DNA of 64,000 nucleotides, from the NCBI GenBank assembly GCA_965113315.1, contig OZ220368.1, one strand, 5' to 3'. Every line of letters begins with the position of its first letter. Position 1 is the stretch's first letter. This stretch comes from Podarcis vaucheri (Eukaryota). The notes below the pieces were generated by a model. The model was not told the DNA's origin. It saw only the letters and a list, made by a program, of their open reading frames with translations, and did no database searches. Positions 39,411-52,565 of this stretch are shown here, piece after piece. A program made the translations under genes and the position numbers.

Positions 39411-40795
39411 TTGGAAACTTTGAAAGGGAAGCCAAATCAGAGAGTTAAGGGAAGGGGTTGACTGTTGGCCTGAGGGAAGGAGTTTGCTGCTGACACTGAA
39501 CAGAGAACAAGGTAAAAAGGGTGGACAGAGGGCCATGGGCTACGGATGCCAAGGAAGTTATGTGTGTGCTGAATTTCATGTGGTGGGTTGTATTCAACTA
39601 TCTTTTATTCAGAGTAGGCATCTTTAAATTAATGGCTGCAATTAACTTAGGTCCAGTAATTTAAGTGAGTACAAGTTAATTACTCTGAGTAAACGGTAGT
39701 TGACGGCAACCCAGTGATTTGAACTAATCAACCAGAGATATGGTCAGCTAAAGATCAGAAGTGGGACCTGCATTTACTGCAATGGGATATTACACCCAAA
39801 TCAACTTTTTCAACTCTGCAATCACTTCACTGTATCTCAAATTTTGGTTGGAAACCAAGGTGTCACATATGGAAAATAAGTGCCAGTGGCTGTGGTCAGG
39901 ATTCTTACATTGGTTCCAACCCTTGATGTTCTTATAGGGACCACATATTCTCTCCCACTCTGTGTGTAAATGGGGTTTACATGCAATTCATGCAAGTTTA
40001 AAAAATGGGGTGGATGTATTATAGAAGTCCTACTCATACAGGTGTGTCCTGTTGGGAGAAAAGAGTGCAAGGCTCACTCCCACACATTGTCGTGTACTAA
40101 CTGCTTACCTGAACAATGTGTGGTGTAGCTCATGGATGTAAAGATTCTGCGTGACCCATTGGGTATGTTTGGACTATTTTTCTGGGCTTCCCAAAATGTG
40201 GTTCGGCCCAAAGTGGGGGAAGTCTGTCTTAATAGTTTGTGAACTTGGGAAAAAGCAATGGGATAGGGAGAACTGTACTTGTTTTGACCCTCTTTTCCTC
40301 TTCAGTGTGGATTTTTTTCATGTTTAATAGTGTGTCTGTTCAGCACGTCATTTCTGGCTTTTACTAAGCCTGAGTTCCCTATTATATCTGGAGAATTTTG
40401 GCTTATTGTCAGATATTATCCTGGTTGCTAACTAACTGACAGATTTACACAGTTTTGGACCCACAACTCTGGCTTTTTGTAAATCAGAAATGAAGCAGAA
40501 CAGTGGAAAAGTGTGTAGGTATTTGGCCCTGGATCATGCTCCTAATTTAATAAACCATAGTTTTTGAAACCTGGAACAATTATCTGAACTAGGCCATTGT
40601 CCCCAACAACAGCTCCCAGCACTTTGGGAGAACCACGCTGAGGTTTTCCCAGTACCCAGTACTGAGTTCTAGTGAATACACACTCTTAAAGAGCATAGTG
40701 TCTTATAGCGTTATCATTTGCTATTGCATCATTTAAAAATATATACTCTTGATTTACATTTCTAGGTGTAACACGTGAGAGAGAGAGGGAGAGTG

Positions 40796-41268
40796 ATGGC
40801 TGCTCTTAGTGGCTCAAGAAACTGTCTTTTAACTAGATTTACATCTTTGGCCTGTTGGGGAAAGTGCATTAATCCTTACAAGTTTTCCAGTGAAGCATTG
40901 AACAGACACCAGCATCAAGTGACTAAGTGCCAATCATGGAACAAAAGTAAAAACAGAAGGTGCTACTTAATGACTGAAAGTTCCAACACCTACAGTAACC
41001 TCATTAATAAAAGTCAAGTGCGGCTTTTGAACCCTAAGAATGCAGGAATTTTCAACGTTGCACACAGCTGTTCTAGGAGGCCTTGTATTCTCTCTGAGCA
41101 AAGGGCAAGAGGACTTGCTTTTCAAAAATCTCGACACTTGACTGGTTCTCAGAATGTCCAGTTTCACAGGCCTTTTCACAGATCTTCAGCACTGAAGGCG
41201 GCTCCCGTTCCAATCTTGTGGATTCTATTGAAGCCAGTTCAGAAACTATTTGCTGTCATCCTTGGGAG
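40796..41268 (+). CDS. OMA1: OMA1 first coding exon (mitochondrial presequence to PVPILWILLKPVQKLFAVILGR); acceptor at 40765/40766
   Basis: Arg/Ser-rich presequence; conserved LKPVQKLFA.I.GR; gtaaac donor. Confidence 0.9.
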
Positions 41269-41424
41269 GTAAACATTAATATTGCTCTGCTACACACTAT
41301 AGCAGTATAGAGTATACTACATTGTTGCAATGTAAATTTAGATGCAAGCTTAATAGGATACTTTGCAAACTTCACATGAGACTGTCTGGCATGCTCATAA
41401 TGTTGGAAAGGAGCCTTGCAAATA

Positions 41425-41652
41425 CAGTGGTACCTCAGGTTAAGTACTTAATTCATTCTGGAGGTCCGTACTTAACCTGAAACTGTTCTTAACCTGAAGC
41501 ACCACTTTAGCTAATGGGGCCTCCTGCTGGAGCCCGATTTTTGTTTTCATCCTGAAGCAAAGTTCTTAACCTGAAGCACTATTTCTGGGTTAGCGGAGTC
41601 TGTAACCTGAAGCGTATGTAACCTGAAGCGTATGTAACCTGAGGTACCACTG
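41425..41652. mobile_element. Tigger-like MITE
   Basis: CAGTGGTACCTCAGGTTA / TAACCTGAGGTACCACTG TIRs, TA TSD. Confidence 0.88.
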
Positions 41653-42966
41653 TAGATGGTGAAAGCTCAGTTTTTGTGAGAATGACTGCTGATTTTGTGT
41701 CTCTGCTCCCCTCCTCCTCTCACCTGTTTTAAAGCCTGGTGAGGTAGCTTGGAAGAACATGTGTAACTTGGATAAAAATGGGTAAAGTACATTTCTATGC
41801 TGTTTCCCAAACTGTTTCCCCAAATATGTGAATATTCTACCTCTATCCTCCAGCAAAGGACGCTAGAATAGCATTGTGGTACTTTCTGGTCCCTCGCCCG
41901 CCCTCCCAGTACTGAGGGATAATGTCTCCTGGCTCTAGGCACTAGGTTGATAGTACAGTACCACTTTTGATTCTTGTAAAGAGGATGGGGCAGGGGCTGT
42001 AGGAAGGAAAGAGTGAGTATTGTCCATTCTCAGCCTGGAACCATGATAAATCGCACCTCTGTTTCTGTGCTTTCCCATGAAAGCAGCCCCTGCTTTGGGG
42101 ATATGTTTTGGTTTTTATTGATTTTCATTTACCTTAGCCAAGTTTTAATTACTTGAAAGGCCAACTGCTTCCTTGATTTGAAATCTGCGAAGCTCTGAAA
42201 CACCTCTGAAGTGGAGTATGCAACTCTGTTCATCACTTTGGTGGGCAGGTGGGAATGAAGCAGAAGAAATAAACATGCTTTAAATATGCTTAGTTTGAAA
42301 TGGCATCAACTTGGTGGCTTAGGTGCAGAGTGTTCTTCCTGTGCTTTTAGTTCTATACTGTCTGAGCAGTGCCTTTTTCTCCTAAATGCCACCAGCAGTT
42401 AGGCACTTTATTATCCTTTAAAAACATTTCCTCTTTATAATAAAATAAAATTTAGAATGTTTTTAACTGTGTTGCCAAGACACACCTTGTTGTGTAATTT
42501 CCACCAAGGAAGTAGTTGCGTCTCTCAAGTTTTTAAGAGTGACTCAGCGCAGTGAGTTTCGTTCCTAGCTTGCAGACCAATCGGTTAACAAAATTTGGAT
42601 CTTGGTAACGCACTTCTAATATTAGGAGCACATCCTCACCTCTAGTCACCTTTTAAAAGGTAATTTGGCTACTAATCTCCAATCTAGATATCATGTGCAC
42701 ATCAGAGGGCTGCTGCAGCACTGTCCCCATGCATGTACTATCCTGCTGAGGAAGCCACACCTTTGCAAACTTCCTGGGAAAGGAGTGGAAGGTTCTCAGA
42801 ATCTGGGGCACTGCATATATAGGCCTGCGTCGCACTTGGATTTATGAGCGGTGGTAAGGGCATGGGTCTGATGCTTCGCCTTGTAAGCTGTTTTTCTGGA
42901 TTAGAGGTTGAGTAATTTGGGCTTAAGAATAGGTCAATCACAAAGCATGCATCTAGTTTTCTAGTA

Positions 42967-43178
42967 CAGTGGTACCTCTGGTTATGAACTTAATTGGTTC
43001 TTAACCTAAGGTACCACTTTAGCTAATGGGGCCTCCCGCTGCCGCCGCGCTGCCAGTGCACGATTTCTCTTCTCATCCTGGGGCAAAGTACTTAACCCGA
43101 GGTACTACTTCCGTGTTAGCGGAGTCTGTAACCTGAAGTGTTTGTAACCCAAGGTGTTTGTAACCCGAGGTACCACTG
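42967..43178. mobile_element. Tigger-like MITE
   Basis: Same TIR family, TA TSD. Confidence 0.85.
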
Positions 43179-43939
43179 TATATATATAGTTCGTGATCCA
43201 GAAAGTTGAGGCTTGCTGTAGTGCAGTATAATTTTTGACTCTGAAGAGCTGACTCCTTTACTTCCCTATGCCACGTAACAAATCGCTTTTGAAAATTATT
43301 CTCGGTTTTGGAAGTCCTCAGGTTTGCCATGTGGCATAGAGGGAGGACTTCTGTTTGAGGAAAAGAAGTATGAAACCCCCCTTGGAGCTGCTTTTACAGT
43401 GCTCTGGATTCTGGCCATAAACTTTACATATTCACTATGCAGGCCAAAACAGCAAATGATGCTCCACTTGTGCTTTTGCAATATGGATGTTCTGTTGCTG
43501 CTCAAGGAACCATCTATTAAATTTAAATTGTATATACAAGTTGGACCCTGTGGAAAACCATCGTGGTATATGTGGTAAATCCCATCGCTTATTAAACCTT
43601 TTCTTTGGTATTAAATGAACACATTTTTCTTACTGTAAATAAGGTGTCTCAGTGTTTTGAAACTTGCTTCTTTTTCTTATTATTCTCCAGAGCAGAATGT
43701 TGTTTTTTAAAATAGAATATAATAGTTAATGGTTTCTCAGCCTTTAAATATGCATTAGATTTTTGTTTTGGCTTTCCTTTTCCATTCTCAAAGGCTTCAT
43801 TGAAGCCAGATTTTAGATCTGTAGAAATTACTTTTTTTAAAAAAAAAAGTTTAGAAGGAGAATACTTTAGATTATTGAAACTGCTGTTTGGTTCCTCAAA
43901 TTTCAATTGAGCAATCTCCCACCTTTTTTTTTTGGTATA

Positions 43940-44181
43940 CTGTGCAACCTCGGATTATGTACCATCCTGCTTACGAACGCTTCGGGTAATGAGCTCCGCT
44001 AAGTCGGAAGTAGGTGCTCCTAGCAGCGAACCTTGCCCCGGGATACGAATGGAAGCCGTGTGCCGGCGGTGTGGCGGCAGCAGGAGGCCCCATTAGCGAA
44101 AGCACGCCTCAGGTTAAGAATGGTTTCTGGTTAAGAACGGACCTCTGGAACAAATTAAGTTAGTAACCGGAGGTACGACTG
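43940..44181. mobile_element. Tigger-like MITE, opposite orientation, more diverged
   Basis: Reverse complement of the same internal motifs (GGAGGCCCCATTAGC, GGTTAAGAACGGACCTC); TA flanks. Confidence 0.75.
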
Positions 44182-44766
44182 TAATATCTTGCCACGTGCC
44201 TGGCATTATATTACCTCACTTTTGCTTCCTCTTCATTTGAAATGGAAGTTCTTTCTGTACAAACATGTGCATACTAGGTAGATACTGCCCCATCTCTCCC
44301 TATTTATTTATTTGTTCTTGAAATCCATCTTCTTTTAAAACTCACCTTCTCAGCCTATGACTTGCCTTAACCTGGATGCCTTAAAAGCTGCCTGATCCAC
44401 CTATGGGTTTAATATGTACAGAAGCAAGACTTTATGTAGATCCCTAGCTTTGTGGGCAGCTGTATGCATAAATGGGTCCGGGGTTCCTGTCCAGCCGTGG
44501 ATATGTGCACATAGCCTTTTAAATCCCAAATATGGTGCTGCCCATTTGTTTGATGAGAGTGATGGTGGTTCCACACTCACTATTTGCCATATCTTCCTCC
44601 TGTTTACTTCCCATTCAGCTTTCCTCCTTCCCTACACCAGCTCTCTCCCCCACCCCTTCTTGTTGTGCTTATACACAGCCCTCAGCTGCCTTTCCTCATC
44701 TGTCAGACTCCTCATAACACGCAGCTAACCAATCTCCTTAGTTTGGGAGGCCCCACACTCTCTAGG

Positions 44767-45247
44767 TGTCAGAGACCAAGCTGAGGAGCACTGCTCTGGT
44801 GAGGAATGGTGGGACCCTCCCCCTGCTCCTGATCAGGATCCTGAAGCTGCCCTGGAGCAGTAAAGATTTGGAACAGTGGTTTGCAGAGGGGCATAGTTCT
44901 GACGACAAACGTTGAGAAGAACTGGGGGGCGAACAGCATAGTGTAGAAGAACAGGAAGAGAGACAGCTAACAGACTCTCTCTCACTGGAAAGTATTCAGT
45001 ATATCAGTCCAAGGTCACACAGAGCAGATAAGATGGCTACACAAAAAGCATGGTGGTTGCGAGATGGAAGTGACTGGGGGGAAGTGGGGGGAAGCCTCAA
45101 TTTGGAACACCATCAATTCTAATAATGAATGCTTTGTTCTTTTGCTGTGATGATTAAAGACTCTTTAAATGGTAAGGGACTCTTTGCTTTGTCCTGCTTA
45201 TCTACGGCCAAAGGGGGGGAAGGAAGCCAAGTCCCCGGAGCCTGACA
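44767..45247 (+). mobile_element. Solo LTR (481 bp), possibly Gypsy
   Basis: TGTCAG...CTGACA termini; TSD CTAGG/CCAGG (one mismatch); ATTAAA at ~45153. Confidence 0.7.
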
Positions 45248-45879
45248 CCAGGTTAACCAGCAAACCCCCCTAATTCCCCATTTCTCTCATGTGTACAAAA
45301 ATGTGCAGCATATCTGTTTTACTCTTGTAGAGTGAGGTATCAAAGTGAACATTGCTGCAGCCTCATAGCTTGTTGTATCAGTGTCACATTAAACCATAGC
45401 TAAAGACAACTAACGATGTTAACTATGGTTTAATGTGAGCACTCCGCATCTTAGTATATGCCACTGAAAAGGTTTTGCTCTGCTCTTTCTCTGTTTCTGC
45501 TGTTGCTAAGCTAACAGGAAAGAGAGCCTGGCTTGTTGTTACATCCAAACTCAGGCCTATGGTTTCTTTCTTTCCAAATAAATCATGTGGCAATCAAGGT
45601 TTGTTCTTGGCATACCACTTGTGCTTGACACGCCATGAGCCTCAGGTTGGGCACTCAAAACAAGCCAGACCATGGTTTGTTTCCTGGTGGCACAGCAGGC
45701 GAAAGAACTTTGGGGCATCATGCACTAGCACGCTATTTGTTTGCATTAAGCAGAGAAGCTTGTCTGTTAGGTTTTGACATTTATAACACATGCTGGTAGC
45801 ACTGATAAGGGTGCAGCAGTCAGGGACACTTGCGATTCGCTCTGGCTTCCTCGAACTTTGCTATATTTGTGCCTTACAG

Positions 45880-46108
45880 GAGCATAAGAAAATGGTGGAG
45901 GGCACTTCCTCCAAACAAGAAGGAGCTGTTTAAAGAAGCCGCAAGAAGAAATAAATGGAAGATAGCCCTGGGCCTGTGTACTTTAGGACTTGTATTTATC
46001 CTGTTTTATTTTACTCACTTGGAAGAGACACCAATCACTGGACGTTCTCGGCTTCTGGTGTTTCGGAAAGACCATTTTGCTGAATTGTCCCAGATGGAGT
46101 ATGCCATG
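45880..46108 (+). CDS. OMA1: OMA1 exon ([17 protein letters not shown]...[18 protein letters not shown]...EYAM)
   Basis: Conserved OMA1 peptide with TM segment; AG/GT borders. Confidence 0.95.
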
Positions 46109-47127
46109 GTGGGTAGCTGTTTAAAAAAAGCAAACATAATAATAATTCCCCTGCCCCACTTAGCAGTAACTGAGATGACTCACAGTAACAGTTCAGGGTC
46201 TCCCGCTCTACTACTTGAGACCCTTATTAATGCCCAATGCTGGTGATTGAAGATGGGAACTTATATGAAGCATATATCCTGTTTTCTGGCCTTCCCACAT
46301 AGCTGAGGGAATTTTTCTTCCATTTAAGGAGTGTTGGCAGTGCAAGGATTGGGAATATCTGTTTTTACTGCTTGTTACATGAGGAAGATGAATATTGCTT
46401 GTTAGTAAATAATATATGTATATATAATCGCTGATGTATCCCATGTCATTAGGTCACCTTTCCTGAGTTAAATATTTTGCTCGTGCAAATCTTTAAATTT
46501 TATTCCCTAAATGGATATCGTACAGCAGGGCATATCATTTTAGGGGGTGAAATTTAATTTTTGCAAAATTCTTCCACGAGGGGGTCTTAAAAATACGTTT
46601 TTGGGTGTGAGGGATTCAAATCTGCTGTTATATTTGCGATTGGACAACATTTAGCTTGCTAAGACTACGTTTGATTAAGAAGCAAATAAACTGCTTTTGG
46701 AAAGCCAAAGAATTTTAATTTTGCCTTCTGAAAGTGTCAGGTAAAATCATTAATATACATAATAGTAGAAAACAAGAATAATATTAAAATGTAAGTACTT
46801 GGCAGTCATTTTTAAATTATTTCTATGCAATTTTACACACGTTTACCGAACAAAATTAGATTAATGTAACCAAAATATCTTTCGAATTCCCAAGTCATTC
46901 TACAACTTTTTCGCACCCTTCATTTTGGGAATTTGGGAGTTGAAAAATTCATCATGCCCTAATAGTATGGTGTATGTCTCCTCCCTGCTCTGAATTAGAT
47001 TGCGTCATATGGTTTTTTTTATTTATACTGACCTCTCGTCCATGGATATTCATGCATATTGTATCTCTTAATTGCAATTTTACTTGCCTTGAATCGGTCA
47101 GTATGCTGCGTCCTCTTTTTCTTCCAG

Positions 47128-47301
47128 TGGGTCGAAGAATTTAAAAGCAGAATGTTGCCTGAAACGGACCCCCGTTACCAGGAGGTCAAAAAAGTCTTTT
47201 TGCATTTGGTTGACAGCAACAAGGATTTTCCAGGACTCTCTGAGTTCAAGTGGACTATCCATGTGGTGGAGGGACCAGACATTAATGCTGTTGTGCTTCC
47301 A
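47128..47301 (+). CDS. OMA1: OMA1 exon (WVEEFKSRMLPETDPRY...WTIHVVEGPDINAVVLP)
   Basis: M48 domain start; AG/GT borders; 174 nt. Confidence 0.94.
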
Positions 47302-47995
47302 GTAAGTAAAAATCGAACACCAAGAGATGTAATAATTCGGAAAGAAGCTACTGACAGCGCATTCCTGTTGTCCTTGGGAGGACGTCCCAGAGGCTGAAGG
47401 ATTTTGTGCCTCTCCCTCTTGGCGGTGAGGGTGGGGGGGTCATAGCTCAGAGGCAGAGCATCTTCCTTGCTCTTCCAGATTCAATCCCTGGCTTCTGCAG
47501 GGGGGGGGGGGCTGGGAATGTCACCAAATCTGAATCCCTCAGGAGGAGCCTCTGCCAGTCAGTGCAGACAGTATTGGGCTTGACTTGGTACCGCTGTCCT
47601 TCCTCTGCCATTATTGCTTTCACAGTAGAGAGGGCAAAAAGGTGTTGGGGAGAAGAGGAGCTTCTGGGATCCAGCCTCCCCCAGTCCACATACACGGGTC
47701 GAGAGAAAACATGTCCTGAAGTTTGCGTGCTGATTTTCTCTCCTTTTCTGACCAACGTGCAGGGAAGTCTCCCTTCCTCACCTCGCCCCCCAAAAGAAGT
47801 GTGCTGACAAAAAGGAGGAATAAAGAAGAAACACAACTTCTCTTTTTCCCTCCATTCTGTCTCTCCCCCCCCTCCCAATTTTTCTGCTCTGCTGGTGCTG
47901 GCCTGGCCAAGCTGTGGGTTCACCCCCACCCCCACTTTGGATTGCTCTATGAAACAATTTGTTTGCAGTATTATTTTTCCTCTCTTTGCCTGCAG

Positions 47996-48103
47996 AATGG
48001 ACAACTGTTTGTTTTCACTGGTATGCTATCTGCTGTGTCAGATATCAATGAGCTGTCTTTCATTCTGGGACATGAACTTGCTCATGCTGTTCTGGGACAC
48101 GGG
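47996..48103 (+). CDS. OMA1: OMA1 exon with HExxH zinc motif ([12 protein letters not shown])
   Basis: HELAH at 48071-48085. Confidence 0.96.
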
Positions 48104-48508
48104 GTATGTATCCTGTTTTAAAAAGTGACGTTGCCAAAGCCCTCTGAAACTAAACACATGGTCATAGGTGACCAATGTGGACCAATGTGGAGACCACCAT
48201 ATTTGACTGGAACTACCCAGCGATGCTCACAGCCTGCCTCTTAGGGCTAATAAGCTTTGCTCCAAACTCTGCATCTGTGATGTTAATTGAAGTCAGAAGT
48301 TAGGGGTGTGTCGTACAACTGAATAGCTCTTTATAGGCCTTCCTTACCCAGAGTTGGTGCTTTCCAGCATCCAGTACTTCTTCTGCCAGCATTGTGGCTT
48401 CATAAAGTGTTTCTCCAAGTTGGATCTCCAGTTGGACTACAACTCCCATAATCCTTAGCTAGCAGGATGTGATGGGAGTTGTAGTCCAGCAACAGCTGGT
48501 GAACCAAG

Positions 48509-48615
48509 AAGAAGAAGAAGAAGAAGAGTTTGGATTTGATATCCCGCCTTTCACTCCCTTTAAGGAGTCTCAAAGCGGCTAACATTCTCCTTTCCCTTCC
48601 TCCCCCACAACAAAC
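48509..48615 (-). mobile_element. Squam3-like SINE 3' fragment nested in a hAT-like MITE
   Basis: Matches ~848-950; TSD AACCAAG (48502-48508 and 48613-48619). Confidence 0.8.
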
Positions 48616-48771
48616 CAAGTTGGAGAAATAACAGCAACTTCTGCGTCTTCACGTTTTGTAAAAGGGGTCGGTAGACAGCGCATCGTTTTGAATACAGAAA
48701 ACCTTAAATATCCATGCGCAAGATTAGGACATAAATAGGTGGTTTTAAAATACCGTTTTCCTTGTTTTAAG

Positions 48772-48900
48772 GCAGAGAAGGCGAGCCTGATGCATTTTGT
48801 GGATTTCGTGCTCCTCATTCTTCTCATAATGATTTGGGCTGTTTGCCCAGCAGACAGCTTAGCAATCATAGGCCACTGGCTCCAAGCTTGGTTTCAAGAG
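48772..48900 (+). CDS. OMA1: OMA1 exon ([43 protein letters not shown])
   Basis: Hydrophobic segment; AG/GT borders; 129 nt. Confidence 0.93.
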
Positions 48901-49711
48901 GTAAGATGATCACCGTTCTACAGAGCATTCGTCTAGCTCCTGCATCGGGGGTGTTCTTTGTGGGGAGAGGTCCCTGTATTACAGGACACAATGCTTCATT
49001 TAATAGACTATGGACCTGATCTAGCAGTAAACTTACGGTCTTAAGTCAGCTTGCCTGTTGGATCTAAGAAGGAGAAGGAAACTGCAGTTCAGTCTGGGTG
49101 AGTAGCTAATTACAAGCCCTGGCTTGCCTTTTCCCCATGGGAAGCAGGTCTTGATCTCACAGAGTCGCAACAAAGGTAGGTCATTTTGTGGGTGTATTAT
49201 GCATACTGTCATAGGTGTGGTTTGTTTGTTTGTTTTTAAAAAACACCATTGGATTGATTCACGAAAGACACATATATTGCCTTCTAGTTTGTAAACTTCA
49301 GACTGCTGGGAGTCAACACTAGGAAATGGAAGTACTTTGTTATTTCCCTGGCCGCTGCTCTGAGCCAGTAAACATTTTTCTTATAAACTCATTCTGCTGG
49401 CCCTAGCCATACTACTGAGTGGAGCATACTTACCTAGAATCAATAATTTAAATTCTACTGTAGCATTCATCACCCACAATGTTCAATCTCTGGAGGATGG
49501 CATGCATTTTGCAATAGAACTTCCTTCTCCTTTTATGCCATTGCATTTTTAAAGGTTAGCTTGATCACCCGGAAAACGATTTAAAATGCAGTATTGTTCT
49601 TTGTACATCTGTTGAGCCAATATTGTGCTATTTTAACATTCTTGGGTGAAATCCACAGATCTCCCCAAGTGATCCGAGAACCTCGGATGCCCTGAGATCC
49701 TTCCACTTTGG

Positions 49712-49713
49712 TT

Positions 49714-49750
<37 letters not shown>
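49712..49750. repeat. (TTTC)n microsatellite
   Basis: Direct reading. Confidence 0.95.
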
Positions 49751-49752
<2 letters not shown>

Positions 49753-50535
49753 CTTTCTTTTGCTCCGTGCTACAAGGCTCATTAACCAGGAACTGAGAAG
49801 AGAATAAATGGTCCTGCTCTCCCTGCAAAGTTTCTTATTACACTTGAACTTCCTGCCAGTCAGGAATAAAATCAGAGATGTAGGAAAAGGCAGTTCAGTA
49901 ACCTAACCTAAAATGGCTGAGAGAACTGTCAGGATGATCAATGATACTTCACCACCAGGCTTGCTTTATAGTACACAAGTTGCCAAACCCAGTTCTTCGC
50001 TCTCTGTCACATTTGGCAGTTTCTTTCTCTTCACGTTCCAGAAGTGTAAAATGCCTGTGGTAGCTCTTTTCTTTTTAAAAAGGGAGGTGCCAGGAAAACT
50101 TCTGAGGTTGCAGAAACGTGGTGATTTTATTATTGCTGTTTCTTGGTTTCCACAGCTGTCTGGGCTGGGTACAGTGCTTCTCCCTTTAGCAATATTCCAT
50201 ATTATCCTCTCAAGTCAATGTTGTAACTTTGTATTATCACTCTGACAACCGGAAGTCAATAAGTCACATAATTAAATGTGATCTCTGGTGACCCACAAGG
50301 CACTGAGCAAGACCATTTTGAGGTACCTCTTTGAAAAGATTGGCTTCTCAAATTAATATTTTTTTTATTTCATTTGGTAGTGTTCATAAACCACCTTTCG
50401 TTGTGAAAAATAAGGCGGTTTACAAAATAAAACCGCTGCAGTAAAGTAACAATATAACATAGTTAGTGCCTTGGAATAACCATGTGGCCAGGTAGTTTTT
50501 CTACTAGCTGGTGAAAATGTGTTATTGCAAGATTA

Positions 50536-51235
50536 GAATCATAGAATAGAATCATAGAATCATAGAGTTGGAAGAGACCACAAGGGCCATCGAGTCCAAC
50601 CCCCTGCCAAGCAGGAAACAGCATCAGAGCACTCCTGACATATGGTTGTCAAGCCTCTGCTTAAAGACCTCCAAAGTAGGAGACTCCACCACACTCCTTG
50701 GCAGCAAATTCCACTGTCGAACAGCTCTTACTGTCAGGAAGTTCTTCCTAATGTTTAGGTGGAATCTTCTTTCTTGTAGTTTGGATCCATTGCTCCGTGT
50801 CCGCTTCTCTGGAGCAGCAGAAAACAACCTTTCTCCCTCCTCTATATGACATCCTTTTATATATTTGAACATGGCTATCATATCACCCCTTAACCTCCTC
50901 TTCTCCAGGCCTAAACATGCCCAGCTCCCTTAGCCGTTCCTCATAAGGCATTGTTTCCAGGCCTTTGACCATTTTGGTTGCTCTCCTCTGGACACGTTCC
51001 AGTTTGTCAGTGTCCTTCTTGAACTGTGGTGCCCAGAACTGGACACAGTACTCCAGGTGAGGTCTGACCAGAGCAGAATACAGTGGCACTATTACTTCCC
51101 TTGATCTAGATGCTATACTCCTATTGATGCAGCCCAGGATTGCATTGGCTTTTTTAGCTGCCGCGTCACACTGTTGGCTCATGTCAAGTTTGTGGTCAAC
51201 CAAGACTCCTAGATCCTTTTCACATGTACTGCTCT
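50536..51235 (-). mobile_element. CR1 LINE, 5'-truncated, young
   Basis: ORF2 C-terminal peptides ([19 protein letters not shown]; RKNFLTVRAVRQWN) with one frameshift near 50910; (ATTCTATG)n-type tail; TSD CAAGATTA (50528-50535 and 51236-51243). Confidence 0.95.
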
Positions 51236-52565
51236 CAAGATTAATACATGATTAATACAAGGTTTGAAAAACTGCATCCTCAGAGTACTGAATTAAAAAG
51301 ATCCCAATTCCACTATTGTCAGTGACACTCTGGAAGGGGAGTAAGTTTATGAAACCTGTGGTCCATGCAAAATATGAGGTATTTGAAATGCAGTTGGAAA
51401 TATGGTATCAATTCAAATGGACTTTGGTCCATTACAGAACTAGGGCAAGGGCCCCTGTGGCCCTGCAGGTGGTTCCTGACCACTGGGTATGCAGACTGGG
51501 GCTGATGAGAGTTGGAGTCTATCCACATCTGTAGGTCCCATGTGCTCCCCATGCCTGTAGGGTTAAAACGAAACGAAATTTGGCAGTATTGTCAAATATC
51601 AGGCAGAAAAATCCAGTTTGTTTGGTTTTTTTAAAAGGAACAAACGTGGAAACTGAATAAACTCTTATTACAGCTGAGGAGAGTCTTGAGGCTGTAATAA
51701 GGCATGTCCATCTTTCATAGCCACAATTTACTTTCAGTTGGGCTACTGCACAGAAAACCTGCTATCCAAGTTTTTTTGCTGTCATAATTGCAGTGTGAAG
51801 CCTTACAATGTGTGGGTAATTTCCCATGACATTTTGGGAACTGGGCGGCAGGTAGATTGGAGCTGGGCAGGGCTTTCCTTGGGGCGAGACAGTGCCTCTT
51901 CTACAGTCATCCTAAGTCGTTACCCTCCTCCCTCATCACCTCTCTCTCTGACTTCAATCTCTGTGCTCTGCTGTCACCAACAGTTGTTGGTTTACACTGT
52001 ATTATAATTCATGGATATTTGCATTACATTTTGCATTGAAAAGCTTTAATATGAGGGGGAAAGCACTCTGCATATGCTCCGAGGTGCTTTTTTCCTTAAG
52101 ACTTCTGCCATGGATTTAAAGGTGAACACACATATTGCGGTGCCTCAGTGTTTTATGTAACCACCTGTAAAATGGGACCAATGACAGCTAAATGATCTAA
52201 ATGCAATAAAGCACATAGATGTTTCTTTATCTGTATCTGATGTGTCTGCAGCATACCTCACTGCTTTTATTATCAAAACACATCTGGCTGCATGCATTTT
52301 AGTTTCCTTTTTTCACCTGTGGCTAACTCCGGCCTCTTGTCATTATTTGCCAGGCCACGCAAATACTCCCCACTTAGCTGCACCCACTACTTCAGTTTAT
52401 AAAACACTGGAGCACATGCTTATCATTCTGTCTACTGTAGACCAGAGAGAGAGAAAAAAGTGAAGAAGCACCGCTGGCATGCATGGCTTTTATTGGAACC
52501 AAACTCTAGAACGCAGCAGGTCTCAGCCAGACTGCTAATGCAACCGCTGATTTAGCTGCTTCCTA

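Noticed and set aside
40775-40795. OMA1 upstream GTG start (MRERGRV)
   Set aside because: GA-repeat 5'UTR sequence; the ATG at 40796 has good context.
50624-51203. Two minus-strand ORFs as a host gene
   Set aside because: They are frameshifted CR1 ORF2 fragments.
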